This document shows positions 24,602-35,395 of a DNA stretch of 64,000 bases, piece by piece (the stretch's first letter is position 1; each line of letters opens with the position of its first letter). The notes beneath the pieces are model-generated. The model was not told the origin of the DNA. It searched no databases and worked only from the letters and a program-made list of their open reading frames with translations. The stretch lies in assembly GCA_963768955.1 (NCBI GenBank), contig CAVYJV010000001.1:97340-161339 (forward strand), read 5' to 3'. The translations under genes and the position numbers were made by a program. The stretch is from an uncultured Alphaproteobacteria bacterium. Its GTDB lineage: Bacteria; Pseudomonadota; Alphaproteobacteria; Sphingomonadales; Sphingomonadaceae.

Positions 24602-25917
24602 CCCCTCTTCATCACGTCCAGCGCCAGCGCGGTCATGGCTTCGGTGGCGGTGGAAATGACCGTTTCAGCTTCGGGTGCCCAGAAGGGCGAGTGAAGTGAA
24701 GGCAGCTTGGCCGCATTGCCACCCGCTGCGGCCCAGGTTGATTTGGGGGTGCCGCCGACCCAGAAGATCAGGCTCTGAATTTCCTTGTCGGCGAGCCAGA
24801 AGCGGCTGAAATCCTCGCCGCCCATCACCGCCGGGGTCTTGACCACGCGTTCCGCGCCGAACCGCTCCGCGAACAGGGCAAGCGCACGGTCGGACAAGCG
24901 GTTCGGTGTTGAAGGTGGCCGGCGTATATTCAGCCTCGCGGATGGTAACCACCGGCATCCTGTCCTCGGGCATGCCGGCGGCGATCGCCTCGCCGCGGGC
25001 GATCCGCTTGATCCCGTCGAGCAGCAGCTTGCGCACCTCGGGCTGATAGCTGCGCACCGTCAGCTGGAGCCGCGCTTCGTCCGAGATGATGTTGTGCTTG
25101 GCCCCCGCCTGGAAGCTGCCGACGGTCACTACCGCCGGATTGGCGGGATCGTTCTCGCGGCTGACCAGCGTCTGCAGCGTGGTGACGATGCGCGCCGCCA
25201 GGACGATCGGATCCTTGGTGGTCTGCGGATAGGCGCCGTGGCCGCCGACGCCCTTCACGCTGATGTCGACGCTGTCGACGTTGGCCAGCGCATAGCCGGG
25301 CGTAACCCCGATCACGCCGGCCGGGATCGCCGCGGCATCGTGGAAAGCGATCACCGTCGAGGGCTTGGGGAAGCGCGTGTAGAGCCCGTCGTCGAGCATC
25401 GCCTTGGCGCCCTCGCCGGTTTCCTCGCCGGGCTGGGCGATCATCACCAAGGTTCCCGACCATTCGCCCTTGCGCGCCGCCAGCAGGCGGGCGGTGCCGA
25501 TCCAGCTGGTCATGTGCGTGTCGTGCCCGCAGCCATGCATGACCCCGGTTTCGACGCCCGGATCGCGCCATGGCACGGACCTTGGAGGCATAGGGCAGGC
25601 CGGTCTGCTCGACGATCGGCAGGCCGTCCATGTCGGCGCGGATCATCAGCGTCGGCCCGGCACCGTTCTTCAGCACCGCGACGACGCCGGTCTTGCCGAC
25701 CTTTTCGGTCACGGTGAAGCCCAGCTTCTTCATCTCCGCCGCCAGCTTGGCAGGGGTGCGGACCTCCTGCATGCTGAGTTCGGGGTTGGCGTGGAGGTCG
25801 CGATACATCGCCATCAGCGAGGGCATGTCGGCTTTGACCGCTTCGCCGATCGTGGCGGCGGGCAGCGGGAGTCGCGGCGATCGCGGCGGCGGTGGCGGTC
25901 AGCAACAGGTGGCGCAT
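24598..25917 (-). CDS. M20 family amidohydrolase with signal peptide; frameshifted
   Basis: LHANPELS, RADMDGLP, MHGCGHD, QPGEE, GGHGAYP, MGGEDF and LHSP. Confidence 0.92.
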
Positions 25918-25928
25918 GTCATTTCCCT

Positions 25929-26557
25929 TCAGCGAGCCGGAACCAGCTCGATCACGTCCGATGTCGATTCAAAGGCCGGGCGCGGCAGCACCATGCCGCC
26001 ACCGCTCGGGACCGATCCGCTCGACGAAGCCGGCGACATCGCGATCCGGATCGCGGCCATATTGCATCGCCCGGCTTTCGTCGCCGAGCACCAGCGTGCC
26101 GAGGAACACCTGGCGCATCGAATCGCCGGGGAAGATCAGTCCGACCGGCCGCTGCGACCCGCTCAGCTTGGCGAACCCCTGCCAGCGCCGGTCCTGCTGG
26201 ATCCGGCAGGTGAAGGCAGGATAAGCGACATAATCGAGCAGCCCCGGCTGCTTGGCGCCCAGCTTGATCACCCGGCAGCGATAATCGCCGTTGGGGATCG
26301 GCGGCCCGCCGATCGCCGCATCAGGATCGAGCAGCGCGCCCTCGGCGGCGATGGCCGCGCCGTGACCGCGCCGTGCGCGCCTTGGCCAGCGCCTCGACGA
26401 AGGCGTCGCGCCAGTCGCGCAAGCGCTCGCGGTCGGCGCCCGTGGCGGCGGCGCGCCAGTTCGGCGGTCGGGGCGGGAATGATCTCGCGCGGACCGGTGA
26501 GCAGGGCGCAGCCGGGCGAGGGCGAGGCAGATGACGATGGCGAGGAAGCGACGTCAT
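25929..26557 (-). CDS. DUF4893-like exported protein; frameshifted
   Basis: DRERLRDWRDAF..., IKLGAK, YPAFTCRI, KLSGSQRPVG and FLGTLVLGDE. Confidence 0.7.
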
Positions 26558-26567
26558 TGCGGCCAGC

Positions 26568-27357
26568 CTATTGGCGCCGTCCAGCCGCCGTCCATCGACA
26601 GGTTGGCCCCGGTGATCGACCCCGCGCCGTCGCCGCGACAGATAGAGGGCGAGCGCCGGCGACTTCCTCGGGCGTGACGAACCGCTTGGTCGGCTGGGCC
26701 GCGAGCAGCACGTCGTTCATCACCTGCTCGCGGGTCAGTCCCCGCGCCTTCATCGTGTCGGGGATCTGGTTTTCGACCAGCGTGGTCCAGACATAGCCGG
26801 GCGAGATGCAGTTGACGGTGATGCCGTCCTTCGCGGTTTCGAGCGCGACGGTCTTGGTGAAGCCGGCGACGCCATGCTTGGCGGCGACATAGGCGCTCTT
26901 GTTGGGGCTTGCGACCAGGCTGTGTGCCGACGCGGTGTTGATGATCCGTCCCCAGCCGCGGCGCGCATCTCGGGCAGGGCAAGGCGGGTGGTGTGGAACA
27001 CGGCGGTCAGGTTGATGCGCGATGATCGCGTCCCATTTTTCGGGCGGGAAGTCGGTCGACCGGGCAGACGAACTGGATGCCGGCATTGTTGACCAGGATG
27101 TCGGGCGACCCGATTTCCGAGGTGCAGCGCGCGATCATCGTGTCGATCTGGTCGACCTCGCCGAGGTCGGCGCCGTCGTGGAGCGCGGGGGCACCCGATG
27201 CATTGGTCAATTCGGTGCAGATGCCGTCGATTTCATCCTTGTCGCCGAAGCCGTTGATCATCACCCTGGCGCCCTCGGCGGCAAAGGCGCGGGCGATGGC
27301 GAGCCCGATGCCGGAGGTCGATCCGGTAACCAGCGCACCCTTTCCTTCAAGCAACAT
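26568..27357 (-). CDS. bdhA: 3-hydroxybutyrate dehydrogenase (SDR); frameshifted
   Basis: TGSTSGIG, NNAGIQ, SAHSLVASPNKSAYVAAKHG and PGYVWT. Confidence 0.92.
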
Positions 27358-27465
27358 GGGCAATCCTCTCGATGGTTGGCGGCGCTGTTGCCGCTAGCGC
27401 CGGGCTTTTGCAACCGTTACGCTCGCTCAAGCATTGGGCGGACGACGAACAGCGGGAGAGAGACG

Positions 27466-28314
27466 ATGCGGCTTGACGGACCGGACAGCGGCAATTTCGA
27501 GGATCGGACCGGCCAGGGCGGCTTCGGCGGTCGGCGGCATGGGGGGCGGAATTCTGGGCCTGTTGTTGCCGCTCGTCGCGTCGCGGTTCGGGATCGTCGG
27601 GATCCTGGTCCTCGCGCTCGGCTATTGCGCGCTTGTCCTCGATGCGGCGGGCTTGGCGGCGGGGGCGGATCGCCGACCACGACCGGCAAGTCCACACTGA
27701 CCCCCGAACAGACGCGCGTGCTGACCGGCGTGCTCGGATCGACCGAGCAGCGTGTGGGGCGAGATTTTCCAGCAGGCCGGCGCGACCTACACGCCGACAC
27801 GGCTGGTCGCCTATAGCAATGCCAACCAGTCGGGCTGCGGCGCGGCGCAGGCGGCGATGGGGCCGTTCTATTGCCCGACCGACCAGAGCATCTACATCGA
27901 CCCGGCCTTCTTCGACGAGCTTGCCCGCCGCTTCAGGCGCCCGGGCGACGCCGCCCAGGCCTATGTCATCGCGCATGAAGTCGGCCACCACATCCAGAAG
28001 CTGGAAGGCACGCTCGACCGCGCCCAGGCGGCGCAGGCGCGGACCGGCAAGGCCGAGGGCAATGCGGTCCAGGTCGGAGTCGAGCTGCAGGCCGATTGCT
28101 ATGCCGGCGTGTGGGCCAAGCGCTCGGGCGCGCTCGAGCCGGCGATATCGAGGAAGGCATGCGCGCCGCCGAAGCGATCGGCGACGACACGCTGCACCAA
28201 GGGCCGGCGTCGTCGCCCGACAGCTTCACCCACGGCACCTCGGCCCAGCGCCAGGAAGCGCTCAACCGCGGGCTGTCGACCGGCAATCCGGCGGCCTGCA
28301 ACTACGCGCGCTAG
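27466..28314 (+). CDS. YpfJ-like neutral zinc metallopeptidase; frameshifted
   Basis: SGCG..MGPFYCP, AHEVGHH, ELQADCYAG and DSFTHGTSAQR. Confidence 0.92.
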
Positions 28315-28319
28315 GCGGC

Positions 28320-29315
28320 TTACAGTTTCACCAGCATCTTGCCGGTGTTGGCGCCGGTGAACAGGCCGAGGAAGGCGTCGAGGGTCTGGTCGAGCCCTTC
28401 GACGACGGTGTCGCGCGACTTCAACTGCCCCGCGGCGATCACGCCGCCCATGTCGCGGTAGAAATCGCCCAGCTGGCCGAGATAATCGGTGTAGATGAAG
28501 CCCTGCAGGCGGATGCGCATGGCGATGATCCGCATGATGTAGCGCAAGCACGTCGGCTCGCCGCTGTTGTAGCCGTCGATCATGCCGCAGATCGCGAAGC
28601 GCGCATCCTTGCCGCGCCAGCGCCAGCGCGGCGTCGAGATGGTCGCCGCCGACATTGTCGAAATAGACGTCGATGCCCTTGGGCGCGGCCGCGATCAAGC
28701 GACTTGACCAGCTGGTCCCGCCTTGTAATCGATCACTGCGTCGGCGCCGAGCGAGCGGACGAAGTCGCACTTGTCGGCGCCGCCCGCCGAGCCGATCACG
28801 GTCATGCCCTTGGCCTTGGCGATCTGCACCACCGCCGACCCGACCGCGCCGGCGGCGGCCGAGACGAAGACGATGTCGCCTGCCTTGGCCGAGGCCGCGT
28901 CGAGCAGCCCGAAATAGGCCGTGCCGCCGGTCAGGCCGAGGTTGCCGAGGAAGGCCTGCGGCTCGACCCCGGGCATGGCGGGAAGCTTGTTGAGGCTCTT
29001 GCCGCTCGCACCACCGCCTCGTCGCGCCAGCCGGCCATGTGCAGCACCATGTCGCCGGGCGCGAACGCCGGGATCGCGGCTCTCGACCACCTCGCCGACC
29101 GCGCCGCCGTCCATCGGCTCGTCGATCTGGAACGGCGGGACGTAGCTTTTCACGTCGTTCATCCGCCCGCGCATGTAGGGATCGACCGACAGCCAGCGGT
29201 TGCGGACATGGACCATGCCGTCGCCGAGTGCGGGCAGCGCGACGTCGGCGAGCGCGAAATTGTCACGCGTCGGCATGCCCTGCGGGCGGCTCATCAATTG
29301 CCAGGCACGGGCCAT
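28320..29315 (-). CDS. NADP-dependent oxidoreductase (CurA/PTGR family); frameshifted
   Basis: LSVDPYMRGRM, VSAAAGAVG, YFDNVGG and GANTGKMLVKL. Confidence 0.92.
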
Positions 29316-29366
29316 TATCATCTCCTGATTGGGTTTCGAAACCGCACTAAACCGGATCGGGCCCAC

Positions 29367-29402
29367 AAAAAAGGCCCGGCCGCGACGCTGCGACCGGGCC
29401 TT
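29367..29402 (-). terminator. Intrinsic terminator after the SWFGD gene
   Basis: Minus strand AAGGCCCGGTCGC-AGCGTC-GCGGCCGGGCCTTTTTT. Confidence 0.8.
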
Positions 29403-29424
29403 CCGGGGAGAGTAGGTCGATCGC

Positions 29425-30281
29425 CTAGTAGGTGCCCGAGAAGCTCCGGTTGAGCATGTGCGGACCGTCTTCGCCCTGGTCGTCGCGTTCGAACAGGGCG
29501 CGGTTGCGCAAATTCCTCGCTCGAATTCGCGCTTGGCCTCTTCGGCGGTCATGTCGAGGAACACCTTGCCCTCCTCGACCCGGTCGATCTTCGCGCAACT
29601 GATCGAATGATGGCGCGCCGTCGGGGCTGTCATTCTTGGTCAGGATGATGCGGTCGCCGCGCACGTGGTCGACTGTTCCGACCGGCTGATCGTCCGAGCC
29701 GACCACATCCATATGTTCGCCGACGTGGCCGAGAAGCTGGCGCTTCGTCTGCCGTTGGCCGCGCCAGGTCGAGAAGTCGCTCTCGAAGCGCGACTGGTTC
29801 TCGCGGCGATACTCGTCATAGTCGCGGTCGAGCTCGTCGATCTGGCGGCGACGCCACTCGGAATAATCAGTGTCGTGGCGACCGCCGCTCGACATTGCCG
29901 GGAATGTCCCCCGCGCTCGTACTGTGATCCTCCGCGGTCGAAGGCCTGATGGCGGTCGAGGGCCTGCGGGCCTTGCGAGCGGTCGAACTCGTCGCGGAAC
30001 GTCGACCGACCGGTATAGGGCCGGCGCGCCATGTCGTCGCGATCGGACCAGTTGCGCTCGAAGCGATCCTGCCCCTGCTCGCGACCGAAGCGGGCGTCGT
30101 CGAAGCGGCCATCGCGGTCCCGGCGGCGTTCGGCATCGTCATCGCCGAACCAACTCGACACTTCGTCGCGGGCACGATCGAAAAAGCCGCGGTCGTCGCG
30201 GCTCGAACGACCGTACCGGTCATTGCTGCTGGGCGGCGAATCATAGCGTCCGCGGCGGCCGTCATAGCGTCCATCGGTCAT
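29425..30281 (-). CDS. SWFGD-domain / DUF2171 stress protein; frameshifted
   Basis: RGFFDRARDEVSSWFGDDDAERRR, YSEWRRRQIDELDRDY, EHMDVVGSD and NRSFSGTY. Confidence 0.88.
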
Positions 30282-30335
30282 TGGAAACTCCTCTCGTTTG
30301 GAACTGAGCCTTCTGGCTGAAGACCTTGGTGACAA

Positions 30336-30361
30336 AACGATCATCGGCGTGCGGCCGTTCC
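30336..30361 (-). promoter_or_regulatory. EcfG/SigT general-stress promoter
   Basis: GGAAC-N17-CGTT, 54 nt upstream of the SWFGD gene ATG. Confidence 0.7.
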
Positions 30362-30467
30362 ATCCGAGCGGGTGTCGGGCGGGCACGAAGCGGCCAACCG
30401 AAAAACAGGCAAGCTAGGGCGTTGCGTGAGGGCGGAAGCGCGGCTATTGGCGCTTGGCCGAAGGCGA

Positions 30468-30543
30468 GGGGCTGTAGCTCAGATGGGAGAGCGCTGCAAT
30501 CGCACTGCAGAGGTCAGGGGTTCGATTCCCCTCAGCTCCACCA
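30468..30543 (+). tRNA. tRNA-Ala (anticodon CGC)
   Basis: GGGGCTGTAGCTCAGATGGGAGAGCG-CTGCA-ATCGCAC-TGCAG-AGGTCAGGGGTTCGATTCCCCTCAGCTCCACCA, 76 nt. Confidence 0.96.
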
Positions 30544-30616
30544 GCCCTCGTCGTTGCAAATGCCCACTATATTCCTCGACAGCAGGCCGAGCCTTGTGGG
30601 CGGCTGGCAACAGGTG

Positions 30617-31326
30617 TCAGCGCTTTCGCCGCATCCAGCCGAAATCGTGCCGCCACATGGTCCGGAAAAGAAGCCAGAAGCCGGTCACCGCAAGCCATGA
30701 CATGGCGAAGCCGACCATGATGATCAGCGGGTGATTGAAACTGGTCCGCTCGGCATAATCCATATTGTGGAGCATCCAGAAGAAGTCCCACCAGCGCCAG
30801 CGTGTCGTTGCGGCGTTCGAGCATGTCTGCCCGTCCGACCCGACACATAATAGCTGCTGTTCTTGGCATCGCGCGAAGTCGACCCGCCAGATCGGCAATT
30901 CATGCTCCCGGACAGCAAGGGTCAGTTCGGCCAAGGGCGTCACGCGCGCGGGGGCGGCACCGTCGGATGCATGGCTTTCGCAATCGCCGCCGCAGTGGTC
31001 GGGTCGATGCTGATCGGCTGCCCATTCGCCCGTCGAACAGGGTCACCCCGGCGCGGTCGTTATTGAATGGCGTTGCGACCGGGGAGTTCGCGGAGGCTCA
31101 TCGCTTCCACCCGCTCGTCGCCCAATCGCCGCTGCACCGTCGCCCAATCGGACGCGCGCGGAAGCGGCGCAGGCTCGGCATGCTCGGCCATCTCGCCGCC
31201 GGCGACCTCGTCCATGTCGAGCAGCGCCATCGCGGTGCCGCTGATCGCCCAGAGCAGGAACTGGAGGCCAATGACCAGCCCGATCCACTTATGGATCTTG
31301 CGCAGCCAGATCGACTTGACGGTCAT
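30617..31326 (-). CDS. PepSY-associated TM domain protein; frameshifted
   Basis: LRKIHKWIGLVIGLQFLLWAISG and WRWWDFFWMLHNMDY. Confidence 0.85.
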
Positions 31327-32029
31327 GCGCCCGCCGCCTTCTTCTTCTTTTTCTTCGGGGAAGGAATAGAACAGCATCCAGATGCCCGAGAGCGCCATCA
31401 GCACCGCGCCCCAGGTGAAGATGCGCAGCAGAAGATTGTTGACGTTCTCGCGCTCGTCATAGTCCATGATGTGCAGCATCCAGACGAAGTCGAAGATGCG
31501 CCACAGCTCGTGCCGCCGCGAAAGCAGTTCGCCGGTGACAGGGGACAGGTAGAAGGTCGGCTTGTTCCAGTGATCGAATTCGACTCGCCATAGCGGTGGC
31601 TTGCGCCCGCGGATCTCGCCGGGAATATCGGTGATGAGTGCGGTCGACGCGATCGGCTCGCGACCGGTGTAGGATGCCATGGCCAATTTGCGGATCGTCG
31701 CCTCGTTCGGCGCAGGAACCTGCGCGCCATTGCGTGCATCGATCGCGATTTCCCCGGTTTCTCCCCTGGCGACGTAGATCGGCTTTGCCATCGAGCCATG
31801 CCAGCCGGATCGATTGCGCACCATGCGATGCTGCAAGGGCGATCGGGTCGGCGAGCGACGATGCTTCAACCGATTGCTTCGGGGCGTTCCGAACCAGATG
31901 GTCGCCGTGGATCGTGTCGATGTGGACGACGGTCATGTAGAGGCCGCTCAGCGACCAGATGACCACCTGCAGACCGACGAACAGTCCAAACCATTTATGC
32001 GTCTTGCGGGCGATGACATGGGTGCGCAT
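31323..32029 (-). CDS. PepSY-associated TM domain protein (paralog of the neighbour); frameshifted
   Basis: RKTHKWFGLFVGLQVVIWSLSG and WRIFDFVWMLHIMDY. Confidence 0.87.
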
Positions 32030-32108
32030 GGTTGATGGAGCATTCCCGGTTGGACGATTGAGAGCTAGGCCCGGCGAGCAGTTCGCCGGGCCGTCGAGCT
32101 GAGCCGGA

Positions 32109-32923
32109 TCAGCAATGCCCCAAAGCGCGATGCTCAGGAAGACAGGTCGGTGCCGGAGGCTTGGGCTCGGCCGGAGCTGCCTTGGGCTTGGCCGGGGCCG
32201 GCTGGGCAGGGGCCGCCTTCGGCAGCCGCGGGCTTGGCCGCTGGTCGGCCGGGGGCGACGCCTGGCTTGCAACGGCGCGGCGCGCATCGCCATCGGCTCG
32301 CCGCGGAGCATGGCTTCGACCATCGCGACTTCCTGCTGCTGACTCGGCCCTGGTCTTCTCGATCTGCGCGCGGACTGCGCCGGTCGCGCCATTGGCGAGC
32401 GCGATGTCGGACATGGCGACCGCGCCCTGATGATGGGCCAGCATCTTGCGGAGATAGGTCTCGGAAAGATCGGCACCGGTGGCGGCCATCATCGCGCTCG
32501 TGCATCTGCTCGTTGCCGGATTATATAGCGCTCGGCGCTCGCCGGATCGGGGGTGCCGGTGGCGATCAGTTTCTCGAGCGCGGCGATTTCCTTGCCCTGC
32601 TTGTCGATCGTCATCTGCGCCATCTTCGCGACATCGCGCGATCGGATTGTCCCGCCAAGCACGATCCGCGACATGTCGATCGCGCCCTGGTGGTGCGCGA
32701 TCATCTTGCGCACCCAGCTGTCGGCGGCATTGACCCCGACCGCAGCCTTCATCGCCTTGTCCATGGTCATTTCGGACTGGGCGAAGGGGTTGTTGGGGTC
32801 GGCCATGGTCGCAGTCATGTCGTTGGCGACGACATTGTTCGAAGCCTGGTCGGTGCCGCCACAGGCGGCGAGGGTGGCGGTCAGGGCAAGTGCGCTGAGG
32901 CCGGTCATTAGTCTGCTCATCAT
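32109..32923 (-). CDS. DUF305 (CopM-like) Met/His-rich lipoprotein; frameshifted
   Basis: Lipobox LAAC, two KM(I/L)AHHQGA repeats, a Pro/Ala tail and terminal CLPEHRALGHC. Confidence 0.88.
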
Positions 32924-33020
32924 ATTCTCCAATTCTTCCTCGGGGCGTCCCCGCCCTCAACAAGTTCGGGCCAGTTGTGACCCTGGTCCCGCCGTGCGAC
33001 CGGTCGCTTCATTGATTTCC

Positions 33021-33707
33021 TCAGAACACCAGATGTTCCATGCCATGGGTGACGGCGGCGCCCAGGAACCCCTGCACGGCGATCGCCAGCGTCATGACCG
33101 ACAGGCCGAGGATCATTCCCGCGCCGCGATCCTCCCACGGCCGCCGCCAGGCCCACACGCCCAGGCCGGCACCGCCGATCCCGATCACGACGCCCAGCCA
33201 GCGGTGGACGTCGAGGATGGGGTCAGCATTGGTCGACATGCCCGCCACCCAGCCGGTTGCTGCGGCAAACGGTACAAGCAGCCCGCCGGCAACCACCAGG
33301 AACTGGACCGGGGCCGAAAACGCCGGTCGCCGACGCCCGACGATCGCCGTGAACAAGGCTGCCGGGAAAAAGGCGATCGGAAAGTGGACCAGGAAGGGAT
33401 GCAGCTTGCCAAGCCACTGCACGAGGCGTTCCAGGAACGGCATGGTGGAGCGCTCTGCCTCCATGTCCATCGCGCTCATGTCGTGCGCCATGGGTTGGGT
33501 CGGCCCCGGCTGGCTGCCCGCCGGCGCCGCGCGGCCCGCAATGGCGGCCTGTCGTGCCACCTGCTCAGCCTGCGCCTTCTTCTTGTCGTGATCCTGGTGC
33601 GCCAGCGCCGGCGCTCCGGCGATTGCCACGCCAAGCACCATTGCGACGGTCGCGATTATGCGGAGCAGACGCTGCGCAATGCCGGGCCCGCAATTGCTCG
33701 GCGCCAT
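33021..33707 (-). CDS. DUF2231-like membrane protein
   Basis: AHQDH after the signal peptide, LHPFLVHFPIA, HRWLG and GAAVTHG. Confidence 0.82.
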   Translation of the reverse strand: MAPSNCGPGIAQRLLRIIATVAMVLGVAIAGAPALAHQDHDKKKAQAEQVARQAAIAGRAAPAGSQPGPTQPMAHDMSAMDMEAERSTMPFLERLVQWLGKLHPFLVHFPIAFFPAALFTAIVGRRRPAFSAPVQFLVVAGGLLVPFAAATGWVAGMSTNADPILDVHRWLGVVIGIGGAGLGVWAWRRPWEDRGAGMILGLSVMTLAIAVQGFLGAAVTHGMEHLVF

Positions 33708-33708
33708 C

Positions 33709-34200
33709 TCAACTTCCTTTCGGCTTGCGGGCGGAATTGTGCATCGACAGGATTTTCCATTGTCCGCTGATCTTCTTGAGCACACTGGTGGCGACGCCGC
33801 GACGCAGGGCGACTTCGCCCGATTTGGTTTCGATGCGGTAGTTGTAGGTTTCCGTGGTCAGCGCGACCGGCCCCTCGAAGCGGACGCTCACTTTGTAATC
33901 GGAGAAAGCGAATGTCTTGAACGCCTTCAGTTCGGGGCCGAGGTGATGATCTAGATATTGGGCGTAGGTTCCTTCGACCCCGCCCGTCTCGAAGATGGCC
34001 GAGTCCGGGGCGAACAACGCCTCGGTGCCGGTCGCGTCGAGCCGCTCAATCGCCGATTTGTAGCGCGACAGGACGTCCTTGACCGCCGCCTCGTCGGCGG
34101 TTCGGGTGGCCGCGGAGTGGCCACGCAAATGCTGAACCGGTTGTGCGATGGCCACCTGGCCAAGCAGGCTGGCCGCGGCGAGTGTGATGGTCAGTTTCAT
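33709..34200 (-). CDS. Exported NTF2/SnoaL-like (DUF4440) protein
   Basis: Signal peptide, FETGGVE, YLDHHL and WKILSMHNSAR. Confidence 0.8.
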   Translation of the reverse strand: MKLTITLAAASLLGQVAIAQPVQHLRGHSAATRTADEAAVKDVLSRYKSAIERLDATGTEALFAPDSAIFETGGVEGTYAQYLDHHLGPELKAFKTFAFSDYKVSVRFEGPVALTTETYNYRIETKSGEVALRRGVATSVLKKISGQWKILSMHNSARKPKGS

Positions 34201-34214
34201 GTTGTCCTCGCTGT

Positions 34215-35394
34215 TCAGAACCACATCCGGACGCCGGTCAGCAGGCTCCACCCGGCTGCATCCTCGCCTTCCTCCTTCAGGAAGCGGCGCGTGTCGCCGA
34301 AGGCGCGGCGGTACTGGACGCCGACGTAAGGCGCGAATTCGCGGCGGATGTCGTAGCGCAGGCGAAGGCCGAGTCTCGGCGTCGCTGAGGCCCTTGCCGA
34401 CCCCAAGTTCGCGGCTGCTCTGGGCCGCGAAATTGAGTTCTGCGCGCGGCTGCAGGATCAGGCGCTGCGTGATGCGCTGGTCGTAACTGCCCTCGAGCCG
34501 CGCCATCAGCTCGCCCTTGTTCGACAGGAACAGCGCGCCTTCGACATCGAAGAAGCCCGGCGCGAGCCCCTCGAAGCCGATCGTCGCATAGCCCCGCGAC
34601 GGGTTCGGTCTGACGTCGTAGCGGACCCCGCCCTGGAGGTTGAAGTAGGGACCGACGGCGCGGCTGTAGAGCGCCTGCAGTTCGACCTTCTCGATCGACT
34701 GGCCGAACGCGCCTTCGCCCTCGCTCTTGACCCACAGGCGATGGATGTCGCCGCCGTACCAGGCTTCGCCGTCCCACTCGTAGCTGTCGCGGCCGTTGCG
34801 AATCTGCGCCTCGACCACGTTGAGCATCACCTGAGAGAACTTCTGGTCGCCGTGAAATTCCTTGAGATGGTGGCGGCCCATTCGCCATCGCCGCGGCGCC
34901 ATATACAGAGTCGCCGGCATGATCGGTCGGGATCGGCGGCGGCGGCGCATTGCCCGCCGGAAGGTCGGTCCCCTCGCTCGTGCGCCGACGCGGCGAGTGT
35001 GCAGTGCCCCATGGCGGCATGTTCGGGCGAGCAGCTTGCCGCCGTTGCCGGAGGCGCGGGCGAGGGCGCGGGCAGCGTGCAATGTCCCATTGCCGCATGT
35101 TCGGGCGTGCAGGTCGATGCCGGTGCCGGGGGCGCGGACGATGGCGTCGGCAGCGCGCAATGCCCCATCGCCGCATGTTCGGGCGAGCAGGCTTGCGCGC
35201 CGGTGCCGGGTGGCCGCGGGCGTTGGCGTCGGCAGCGTGCAATGCCCCATCGCAGCATGCTCGGGCGTGCAGGTCGACGCCGGGCCCGCAGGCGAAGCCG
35301 GCGCGGTCCCCGACTGGGCCGGTGCCGCTGTCGGCACCGCAAGCACGCGACGGGCGCCGCGGCAAGCATGAGGAGCGGTACGGAGCGAGGTCAT
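34215..35394 (-). CDS. copB: Copper resistance protein B; frameshifted
   Basis: AWYGGD..RLWVKSEGEG, ELQALYSRA, ITQRLILQPR, LRLRYDIRREFAPYVG and C-terminal GVRMWF. Confidence 0.93.
34999..35277 (-). repeat. Four coding repeats C(T/S)PEHAAMGHC in the CopB N-terminus
   Basis: Units near 35001, 35079, 35157 and 35239, period about 78-82 nt, separated by Pro/Ala linkers. Confidence 0.9.
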
Positions 35395-35395
35395 C

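Noticed and set aside
27410-27435. GCAAC-N17-CATT as an EcfG promoter for the ypfJ-like gene
   Set aside because: Both elements mismatch the consensus, so a chance match is plausible.
34999-35277. CRISPR-like repeat-spacer pattern
   Set aside because: The repeats vary at synonymous positions, encode CxPEHAAMGHC within copB, and no cas genes are present.
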